Shown: positions 23,201 to 35,200 of the stretch, piece after piece
Layout of the letters: each line of letters opens with the position of its first letter
How positions within the stretch are numbered: position 1 is the stretch's first letter
Assembly (NCBI RefSeq): GCF_964355755.1
Contig: NC_092676.1
Span: forward strand, 17,688,871-17,752,870
Source: Antedon mediterranea
Taxonomy: Eukaryota > Animalia > Echinodermata
Direction of reading: 5' to 3'
DNA length: 64,000 nt
Notes under the pieces: generated by a model
The model's input: the letters and a program-made list of their open reading frames with translations, nothing else
What the model was told of the DNA's origin: nothing
The model's database searches: none
Program-made: the position numbers and the translations under genes

Positions 23201-26200
23201 CTTCTCTGTTGGGTTACCTTTTCTGTTTCTTTTTTATGTTCTTTTAATCTTCTGCCAAAACAATGACTCGTTTCTTCAATATCATTAGACAGAATTGGCC
23301 CTATAGATGTCAATCTGTTTAGTAATAGACCGTCATTACTTCTGATGAAACTGTCCGATCAGGACAGCGAAACTGTCAAGGTTCGTTTACTTACTAATTT
23401 TTGTTTTTGAAAAAAGAACATTTTTAATAACTTATACTACAATACAAACCAGATGAACATTTTCAATCATTTTTACCTTATGCAAGAAATATGACCCTGC
23501 TGGTTTTTTTTTTTTAGTTAGTTTACACGTGTAAATTGTTCATCGTTGAAGTTGGCTGCAGTGTTCTGTATGGGGGTTCTATAGTAATGAAGATTTGTAT
23601 AGTACAGCCCTGGTATTCCACCCCAAGTGGTGCTTGTGGTACTGTACCTTTACAAAACAACAGGATGAGAAGAAAGATTTTAGCTTTGTCTAAAAGCCGT
23701 TGTCTACCAGGATAATCTCTGGTGCCACTGATTTTATGCTCAACATGTTTTGTCTCCTTTTTGGGCCTCATCAGCTCTAAACAAGAAAAGAAACACAATA
23801 TGTCTTTCATCTTAACTACCAAAGTTGTTTTTAATCTGTAGAAGATGCGTTGGTTGGTGCTGAAGTTCGTATTGGTAATAGCAATATTTCACCCTTTAAT
23901 ACTAATACACAATGTGGGTCAACAGTTACATCGTTAATGGCAGAATCAAACCCTCTTGAATTCATGTGTAATCAACCAATAACAGGACATTATGTTAGCG
24001 TATATATTCCAGGAGGAGACACGCTTTCACTTTGTGAAGTCAAACTATATAGAGGTACATTAAGATTGATATATTGACATAGACATGTAAAATACAGTAT
24101 TGCATAAGATTGTAATACATTTATTAATACAGTATTCTTTTATAAATGCATCTTCTGTCAAAAATTTCCATATCTGAGTACTTTTTAGATTTCTGTGTTA
24201 TTATTTAAATTACAGTGAGACCAGATTTTGAGATGGAATGTTTAACAATTAATACTTGCTTTCAAGAAGACTCAGGATTTTATGCCATCCCTATTGATAC
24301 TGCAGTACAATTTAATAGCTATGGTATGGAGTATTCTATTTTAAATACAATACAGTATATAATTTATGTTGATCTAGACTACTATATCTTACTTTATTTA
24401 ATCTATTTCTCACATCTATTTCCATCTTGTGTAAACAGTGAAGGGAAGAAAATATTGTAACTTAATTATTATAACAATTATGATTGGCTTTTATTCACAG
24501 TACTAAATAAAATGTCACCTGTATCATATGCACCACTGCATGATACATTTGTGACACTGTTTGTCTATGAAACTTTCTGAACAAATTATACCAGATGTAG
24601 AAATACAGTACAGAGACATTGACCACAGCATAAATATGTCTAAATTTCATGTTGCTTTTTTTTACTTTAGTGCTATGAATAGTAGGCCTACAGAAAGTAT
24701 CCTTATACTTTTATAAAACTTTCAATAACATTATTATTGTGAAAATGCTACTCCTAAAGTGAATTGATGAAAACAGGGCTTATGGTGGGGTTCAAACTTA
24801 AAAAGTATGTGATATTATATATTTATCTCATCTTTCATTTTGCTATCTTCATGCATTTTATTTTGTAGGTTACACTGTATCTTGGTCACTGACTGACCTA
24901 AACAGCATGATTACAGATTTTGTGTCAAACCGTTCTTCATTCATACATACATTCCATGAGGTAAATTACAGACACATTAGGTCAACATCGTGAGATCCCT
25001 ACCTGTATATACTCTACATATGCAATAATATTCCCAAATATGGACACCCCTTATATGGAAATGCCTTGTAGCGTGCCGTGTAAACGTCCATCACGCATGA
25101 GATTTTTTAGCTAAAGTCAAATTTTAGCTAAAATAAAACGGTTTACTTTCAGTCTTAAACAAATATAAAGGTCACCTTAAACAATGATATTCAACAAAGT
25201 GAAACCATTTATTTATTTATTCAACTTTCTTTTTAAAGGGTAGCTCTAACAACTGTACTACAGCACTAGTACAGCTGACTTAGGAGGTCAATACACAATT
25301 ATACCGACATTCAAAAAATAAAATTTATATGAATGATTGTTTCTGAAAATGATGAATGTTGCATTTATAGCAGGAATCTGAGCTTTTAAATGTTACGCTT
25401 ATTGGGTATTATTATTTTTCACAGAGTGGTTCATACAATATCACAATGACAAAAAGTGGCAACGATATTTCTCAACGACAAATCTTGGTATTGAAACCAA
25501 TAAGTGGAATTACTATAGTGGAAGGACCAAGAGTTGATGTTCTAGAAACAAAAAGATTCACAATTTCACTTTCAAATATTGGATATGATTCTTGTATTTT
25601 CATTGATTTTGGAAATGGAGAAAAGGTACGATATGGCAATGAGGTGTGTAGTCCTTATACAATGGTTCCTAGAGCTGGAGAACTGACCAATGTTGTTGAT
25701 GTCGCTACTGTGTGCCAACATAATGGTAGCTTCAATTTGCAAATATTTGGTTTTGACAAGTTTTCATATGAAAGGGTGTCGTTGATTTATGCCATTATTC
25801 CTGAAACAGTAGAATGCAATGTACCAACTGTAAATATATTCAACCATCATGCAGACCCTCTTATTCCAAGAAAGATTGAATTGAGTCAAGATATTGTAAT
25901 TGTTGCAGAGCTTATAGTAGATTGTCAAGTATTTAATAATGAAAAATCTTGGACTATTGAAGAGGTATCCCCAAGAACTGGTTTGGCAATCGAGGGAACA
26001 TTACAAACAGTAAATGCCATCAACTTCGGAAATAATTTAGTAGGTTCCGATGATACGCTAACATTGGTCCTAAGAAAGAATAGTCTGAGAATAGGCCATT
26101 ACCGTTTTATCATCACAGTTGCTATGGAGTCTGGTCGTTCAAATGGACTAGATATTTCCGCTTTTCAAACTGAATATGTTGAAGTTGTTGCTAGTTCTTT

Positions 26201-29200
26201 ACAAGTAAAACTATTAGAAGGTTCGTCTACATATATTACAGTCGGTTATGGTGATACTTTGAACTTTTTTCCGCAAGATTTGTCCAAAGATCCAGATGTT
26301 TTACCTCAAGAAGAACAGGTATATTGCATTTCATATAATTATAGATAACAGCATGTCACAGTATAAAAAGAAAGATTAAAAAATATGTTGCAATTAAAAA
26401 AGAACTTATGTGCAGTTTGAACAGAAATATTGTTCAACCTATTATTAAACTGTCTATTTCCTGTAGGCCTTTTACTGAATGTGAAAACTAATTTTGTTCC
26501 ATAATTTATACTATCAAAAATAAAAATGTTTCTATAATTTATACCATAAAAGAAAAATGTTATTTTTCACATCCAGTTAAATTTAACAATAGGCCGACCA
26601 TATTTCTCATAAAACTGCAATCAATTAATTTTCTGACCAATAACGTCATTTACCACTGTAATATTTGAGTTAAGTCGAAGAAACCCAAAAAACTTTCTGT
26701 ATGAGAGTAACACAACAGAGATCAAAGATAAAAACATTTCTTGGTCTGGTCTTGGTAAAATAATATCTCTGATATTGTTGGTCAGTATAGATACTTATCC
26801 ATTCTCAGTTGTAATAAATTATGCTTTTTAACTTTTGCATTATCTCTAAAAACATAATTTGAAAAAATTGTTATAATTAACTCAAACATTCAACTTTTGC
26901 ATTATCTCTAAAAACATAATTTGAAAAAATTGTTGATGGTCGCCATAATTAACTCAAACATTCACATATTTAGTTTAGGGTTTTTTATATTATGTTAAGT
27001 ATGTTAGTAATGCTTTCCATTCTGATTCCTTTTAATTTTTTCATTCGATGATGTAGACGTTTGATTCATTTGCTTATTATTGTCGTCGTGCAGAAGAAAC
27101 TTTCAATGTAACAGAAGATGGAGAACTAGATGCACATATCACAGCAGATATACCATCAACAACCGCTCTGGCGACTGCTGAAAATGAACATTTTCCTGGT
27201 TGTTTTGGCACTGGTAAGTAAATATGTTTCTGTCCTTTCACTTTCTAATGATAAGAAATTATAATGAAAGTAATGAAATATAGTTCATGAATTATAAATA
27301 AATGGAAAACATATGTTAGTCAAGACAGTTTTGTCTAGCTACCAACTACCAGCTAGACTTGGTCAGTTGTTGTGTTGCTAGGATGACGATTTGACTTTGA
27401 CTGCATGGTTTTGGTGTATAGTCAAGGAGACCTTCGACCTTATACTTATAAAAGGAAATTCTTTTTTTTTTTTTAATGTTATTAAAATATATATTTTTTT
27501 TAAGGTTTGCATTAAACACTAGTAAATTAAAGGTTTGTGGTAAACCATGTGTAAAAATGAAGTAGAAAAAGTAAATTTGATAATTTGGTGGTTGTATTTA
27601 AAAAGGTAGTCAACAACCAAATTTTGAGACAATTTTACTTTTTGGAGAACACATGGCGTACCACAAAACTTACTTTTACTAAAATATTCTTTGTTTTTTA
27701 ATCTTAAAACTGTGTTTACTTTTTGTTTTAGGACCTGGGAAATTATTGTTCGAAGCAGGAACAATTGCGTTGAATACAAGTTTTATGCGACCAAACCTTG
27801 ATTATGTTTTAGTAGTTGAAGTAAGAAAGGACACCAGAATTGGAAAAGCTTCCATTGGGATTAGTATTAAAGAGGGAAACTTTATTTTACCACTCATAAA
27901 GTAAGTTTGTATTAAGTAATACAGAAACTCTCTAGGTATTTTGGAATCTTCAAAGCTATTAGAATACATTTCAATTAAGGGCATTTTTTCTATTGAATTG
28001 AAAATGTTTAGGCCATTTTTTAATAGAAAACTGACAATTACTAACCATGCATATGAACCTCATTTCGACAAAAGAGAAAGAATAAATCTGCGCCAGGTAC
28101 AGTTTATCGCAGACATATCATTTGATCATCTCTTTATATTTGTTTCATATTGAACAATTTCGGATTAAATATGTATGCCTATGATTTTAGGACAGCCATC
28201 AATAAAAAAGAATTTCAATATATTAGAAATGGAATCACCTAATCTAATGACATGATTGACCACTAACTAAGGTCCATATGTGATATTGACCTTGCTTTGA
28301 ACATGACAAACTTATGGAGTTTACTTATTTAGCAAAGAGCCCAAGAGGAAACAATGACCAAGGCCCTCTTTGGTTTATGTTCGGTTGTTGTGTAATTGTA
28401 TAAAAAATGATAATATTTGAGATGTAACTATTTTGATTTGATTGTTTATTTTTTATAGTCTTAATGGTAAATCATCTACAGTAGATGGTATACTGCGACT
28501 TAACCCTTCAACTGATGTCCGAGCTTCTTGTAATGTTGTCGGTGAAACAGTGCAGTTCACTTGGACATTGGCAAGAAAGAAAGGAAATGACATAACTTAC
28601 CAAGATATTAACGATGTCTCATTGTACACAAAAGGTTGTCATATTTGTTGGTTTAGTTTAATAAAATTATTCAAAATTATGAATTATAGTAACATTTTTA
28701 AAATTTATGTTTAAATTTTAAATGAATTTTCCAAATATTTTGATGAGAGCTTCTGTTGCACAATAAGTACAGATTATTGGTTATTAATATTCTTTCATTA
28801 TGTATGTGGTTATAAAAGTTGAGCTTTCAATACAATTTTAATAGCATATCAAATTGTATCTTTCTGCTTTAAAGTAAATATTGCAAAACTAAATGTAAGG
28901 AAATAAATAATGTCATAATTTATCATTTAGTGATTTTAAAAGGAATGTATTTTCTTATTAATTTTAAAAGGAAATTACATATAAATATGTGTATTATTTT
29001 TTATCTAGGTAAAAATGAATACTCTTTCTTTATCTCGAAACGTCTTCTGTTGTTGAACTACGAGTACACAGATTACAGAATATCTTTATCAGTGTTTGCT
29101 CCTATATCACAACGTTCTGGAAATACCACTGTTGAATTTACAATCAACTTACCACCATCGGGAGGTGTGTGCTCACTTTCTCCACGGGAAATCACTGTAT

Positions 29201-32200
29201 CAAATCGTGTTTTGGTTAACTGTACTGGTTGGACAGATGTACAACAGTATTCTTATTCAAGTGAGTAATATTGTATCATTGCCTTGCCTTGGTTATTTAT
29301 GCGTGCTGTACAGTAGTAGTATTCAACAAAAAGTGATACTATTTTGGTTCTAGTGTAGGATTAGCTTCTTGTGTAACTGTTGTGCAATGGTCTAGCTTCT
29401 TTCATAGCCTTTGACAAGACGGAAAAAGCGGATTAATTGAATACAAATTTACTCTGTAATAAATATGAATGACTAGATAAAAAACTAGATTTGAACTCGT
29501 CACTTGAGGACGAGTTTGGTTATCCGCCCGCCACAAAACGTATCTTGCGTATTCAAGTTCTTCTCAGTTATGACTTTTCCAAAAAAAGTAGCCTATTCAA
29601 AAGTAAAACTGCCCTTTCAGTGTAATAACCATTTAAATCCTGTTATTTAATTACTTGATAACAATTTCGAAAATTAAATTTAATATGCAAATAATGTAGC
29701 AATCAAACACTTTTTAACATTCAACACTATAATAAATCAGACCTACAATTCATAGACTGTAATAAAATAAAATAAAAAATGGGGGTAACCTTGCATTCTG
29801 ATGAACTGTATCACTTTAAAAAGTAGACATATTTTGCAACATTTTCACAATTTGTTGACGTTTTCGTGCGCAACCAGTCATGTTTAACGTGCTCGTAGAA
29901 CGCCATTTCAAGTTGAAAAGTGAATACGATAACGTAAAATTGTTAACCTAAGTTTGAAAAACACAATTTATGTAAAAGAAAAGCTTATACGCGTTCCCTG
30001 CGCCGTGCGCGCGTAAAAATGTGCGCACCAGTGGCAATTTTTAAACCCTTAAAATGACCTGAAACGTGCTCTAATTTAATCAGAAATTGATTTGAAGCAT
30101 TTTAAAATTTCAAACGCCGTTTACGCACACACTTTCTAATGTTACAAAATTCGGTAGGGATAAAAAAGTTAACAATTAATGTAAAGCAAACGTGGCTGAA
30201 AATGACGTTAAAAAATATTTATCTGTTTCAAAGTTATGATCAATTTAAGATTTTCAGAAAATCGCGCGTAACTTACGATACGCGCCTCTGACAGCGTCCA
30301 AAAGCTTGGCTGCACATCTTCAGTTAAATGTCTATATGTTGACCAAGTTACAACATGTTATGTTCACGCGTTGCAGAGAAACAGCGTGTACAAATTTGGA
30401 GCATTTTAAAATTTCAAACGCAATTTACGCGCAAACTTTCTAGTGTCCAAAAATGTTCTAAAGATTGAAAAAGTTAGCCATTGATGTGAAGAAAACGTGG
30501 CTGCAAGTTACGTTAAAAAATATTTATCGGTTTCGAAGTTATGATCAATTTAAGATTTTCAGAAAATCGCGCGTAACTTACGCTACGCGGCTCTGACAGC
30601 GTCCAAAAGCTTGGCTGCACATCTTCAATTAAACGTCTAAAGGTTTACCAAGTTACAACATGTTATGTTAACACGTTGCAGAGAAACGTCGAGTACAAAA
30701 GTGGCGGAAAGAAAGAAGAATAACTAGAACTTAAACTCGTCACTTGAGGACGAGTTTGGTTATCCGCCCGCAACAAAACGTATCTTGCGCATTCAAGTAC
30801 TTTTCAATCATGACTTTTACAAAAAGTAGCCTATTCGAAATTAAAACTGCCCTTTTATTGTAATAACCATATAAATCCTTTTATTTAATTGGTTTCCCGT
30901 GATGGGATTCGATCCCGGTACCTCTGATACCAAAGTCGATGGCACTACACATCTAGCCATATGAGCACCTGCTGAAGAGAATCCGAAGAAAGTTAACTCG
31001 TCCATTCGGTATGTCGTGAACCACTCGATGCAAATTTATTATTACTTAGCAAACTAAATAATAATTTTTACTATGATGAAATCTTCAAAAATGTTAAACA
31101 GTGACATATTATGAAAGTGCATACTTTTAAGTTTTATATATTAACATGTGAAGAAAAAAGATAAACGTTATGTTTATTGTTTTGCTCTTTGAAAACGTTT
31201 ATGTTTGTTTGATGATAAAAATTTCAAAAATTATATTTAATATGCAAATAATGTAGCCGTTAAACACGTTTTAACATTCAACACTATAATAAATCAGACC
31301 TATGATTCATACACTGCAAGAAAATAAAATAAAAAATGAGGGTAACCTTGCATTCTGATGAACTGTATCATTTTTAAAAGTATACATATTTTGCAACATT
31401 TTTACAATTTGTTAACATTTTACGTGCGCAACCAGACATGTTTAACGTGCTCGTAGAACGCCATTTGAAGTTGAAAAGTGAATGAAATAACGTAAAATTG
31501 TTAACCGAAGATTGAAAAACACAAATCGTGCAAAAGAAATGCTCATACGTGTTTCCTGCGCCGTGCGCGCGTAGAAATGTGCGCACCTGGTGGCAATTTT
31601 TCAAACACTTAAAATGACCTGAATCGTGCTCTAATTTAATCAGAAATTGATTTAGAGCATTTTAAAATTTCAAACGCCGTTTACTCGCGCACTTTCCAAT
31701 GTTACAAATTTCGGTAGCGATAAAAAAGTTAGCAATTGATATGAAGCAAACGTGACTGAAAATTACGTTAAAAAATATTCATCTGTTTCGAAGTTATGAT
31801 CAACTTAGGATTTTCTGAAAATCGCGCGTGACTTACGCTACGCGGCTCTGCCAGCGTCCAAAAGCTTGGCTGCACATCTTCAGCTAAATGTCTAAATGTT
31901 TACCAAGTTACAACATGTTATGTTAACAGGTTGCAGAGAAAAGCTGAACACAAAAATTGGCGGAAATAGAGAAGAATAATAAAAAAAAAGTAACACTACA
32001 ATTCCAAGGGCTTATCCGCTTGAGGCGGATAACCAATAAAAAAAAAGTAACACTACAATTCCAAGGGCTTATCCGCTTGAGGCGGATAACCAATAATTAA
32101 AGAAAATATTTAAAGATTAAAGATTTATTTTTCCACAGTGAAAACATCTAACAATAGTAATATTCGTCGTTCTCTAACATCTGGACAAGAACCGCTGCAG

Positions 32201-35200
32201 ACAATATATCCTTTGGAAGGTGATTCTGAAACAGATTACTTGGTTGATATTTGGGTCAATATCAAAAATCAATATGGTGTTTCTATTGAATACATGGTAG
32301 ACAAAATACAGGTAAAACATTTTAATTTTTGTATACAGTAGAACTCCTTCTTTGGAAAACCTATTCAGGGGACACCCCTATTAAAAATAAATTTTCCTGT
32401 GAAACAAACGTCAATGAATCTTTTAATCCTACAGACAACCCCTATTCAGGGGACACGCCTATTAAGGGGAACTTTCTTAAAATGTCCCCTTAATAGGGGT
32501 TCTACTTTATTAGTATGTTATATTATTTATGAATATTACTTTGTTTATATTTAATTTGTTTATGTTTTCATATTTGATTATTTATGTTGATGTATGAATA
32601 TAGGAAATTATCCAATAATATTTTAGTATGAATTGTATTGATATAAAGTATATTAAGTATATTTATTATACTTTATTTCAAATATATATTTGTTGTTTTG
32701 TATATATAATTTTAGGTTAGGCCTATTAAAAAGACATTTTCCTGTGAAACGAACAGCAATTAATCTTTCATTATTAAGGGGACATGCCTTTTCATGGGTC
32801 CCGAAGCTGAAATATTATTTTATAAATAAATATTATTTTGTTTATACTTAATTTGTTTATGTTTTCATTTTTATTATTTATGTTGACTTGTGAATATAGG
32901 ACAATATCCATTAATATTTTAGTATGAAGTTTTCATGGCGAAAATAAATTGTATTGATATAAAGTATATTAAGTATATTTATTATACTTTATTTCAAATA
33001 TATATTTGTTGTTGCAATTTTTAGGTTAGGCCTCTTGAACTGGACGTTGAACAGACAGACAAGATTCTACAAGACCTGATGAACACATCTCAAACTGAAA
33101 AATTGCGCGCTGAGGGTAATTGGCAAGACATCTCAGAATATACTTTAAGGAATATGGGCTTATTGAATAGCATTGAACAAGTTCAAGGTTCAATTAAATT
33201 TTTATTCTACTATAATAATTTAAAATTTTTTTTTCCAGAATGGAGTTATCGCTCGGTGGTCAAGGTTGGGTTCTAGATTTTTCAAAGACTTGTAATACAA
33301 CTTGGTCAACAGGATTACCATCTTTAAGGATATTGAATGAATTCACTTATGAATATCCTTGGAAATTTGCCTAAATAAATATATATAAATATTTAAAAAA
33401 TGAAAAAGAATGTTGGCAAAAAAAGAAGAAAAAATCTGTACCAAATAAATAATCTTTAGTTATTAGGTATTAGTAACTGTTACCAATATCTTTCATTTTG
33501 ATATTACTTTATATAAGCCTACATTTATTTATGAATAAGTATCGTTGCTGTTCCGCTGAATAATATTCCCGCCTATTTCTGCAACAAACTGTCTCCCTGT
33601 GTTTTGTAAGATGATTTTTGCACATTGAATTTTGTTGTTAGTGTGGAATTTGGGATCTGTTAGTGCTTTTAAATCTCTTTTCAATGTTATTGTTAGAGTG
33701 CATACTATTCTCCCTTTTTTTTTAGATTAAATATGCATTTTTGAATTATAAATTGTTTTTCTTTTTCTTTCAGCTTCAAATGAATCAAAATCTGCTGAGG
33801 TAAGCCATAACTCTTAATATAGTACCATATTTGATTGTAATCTTGTTTTGTATTTCCTCTTTTATGTTCTGTTTGGTTGTCTTCTATTTCTCGTCTGTCT
33901 GTATAAAAACTTTGCTGCCAATTTTCCCAAAGTTTGTTTGTTTTCTAATTCTTTAATATATGTTGGTGGTGGACAGATTCAATGGCGAAATCAATATGTT
34001 GATTATTATTTATTATTAAGAATAAATCATGTAGATTTCTTTATTAATTATATGGTAATACCCTTTATTTATAGGAACAAGAGGAAGATAGGAAGGCTTC
34101 CACAAATGTAAGAACAAATACTATATTTGTTATTTATTTCATTTATATAGCTAGAGCTCACATAAACAAAAATAAAAAGGGATAATGATAACACTTTATT
34201 CAAAACAAATGCACTTGTTTTTTAAGATACTATATTTATGGATATATGGTCAGAAATGTCAATTCTAGTTATATTTTAAATTTTTGTATTTCTTATTCTA
34301 AACTTAACATTTTAACCACATTTGTTAAATTGATATGAATTTTTAAGTAACTTCGTGTATCTGGAAACAAATTACATTATGCTTCAAATGTACATATGAT
34401 AAAATGAATCTGAATTATATAATGTTTTTCTTTTTTCAGCTACGGGCTCATTATTTAAACTTATTATCCAATGTTTCTGTTCCACCATCAACTGAAGCTT
34501 TATCAATTCAACTATCAGCATTTATCACGGTTACAGAAAAGCCAGAAGAAATTAACCAGGCCTCCATTGTAAGAACTGTTGATGATACAGTTATTATTTA
34601 AATGAATAAAGTATATTAAAAATTACTATTGGTTACATTTTGTAAAATGTCCACTCTATTAGTGACACTTTAGCAAAGTTGGCTGCATCTGAGTTCTTCG
34701 TATCAATCAATTTATTTGTGTATTTTCATTTCATTTTTTTTCACTTCACTTAAAATAAAAATGAAAAAAAAAATTTTTAAATTGCTCATGGTGCTTTCTG
34801 AATGGACTACATGCTTCTCCCCTAAAGGTCACATTATATCAGCGCTGCCAATTCAAGCGATCTCTCATCTGTCCATGGCAGTGACTGTGTGTGAACTAGT
34901 ACAGGTTCTTTAAAATGCACATGAGCAATGTTGTGTACATTTGAACAGATTATAGGCCTTATCCGAGGTTAAAGAGATTGAGCAGCAAACCCTTGCCGGT
35001 ATGATTACTATGAATTGTAGGAACCAACATTATTAAAATCTTTTTTTATTTTGCAGGGGTTGGTGCTTACAACAACCAAGACTCTTACAGATCAAATCCA
35101 TTACATTGAAGATGATGCCGACGAGACAGAATTAGTGAATAGTGTTACGCAAGCAATGGCCGTGGTCAGCAATGCTTTACAAGTAAATTTTTTTCTCACT

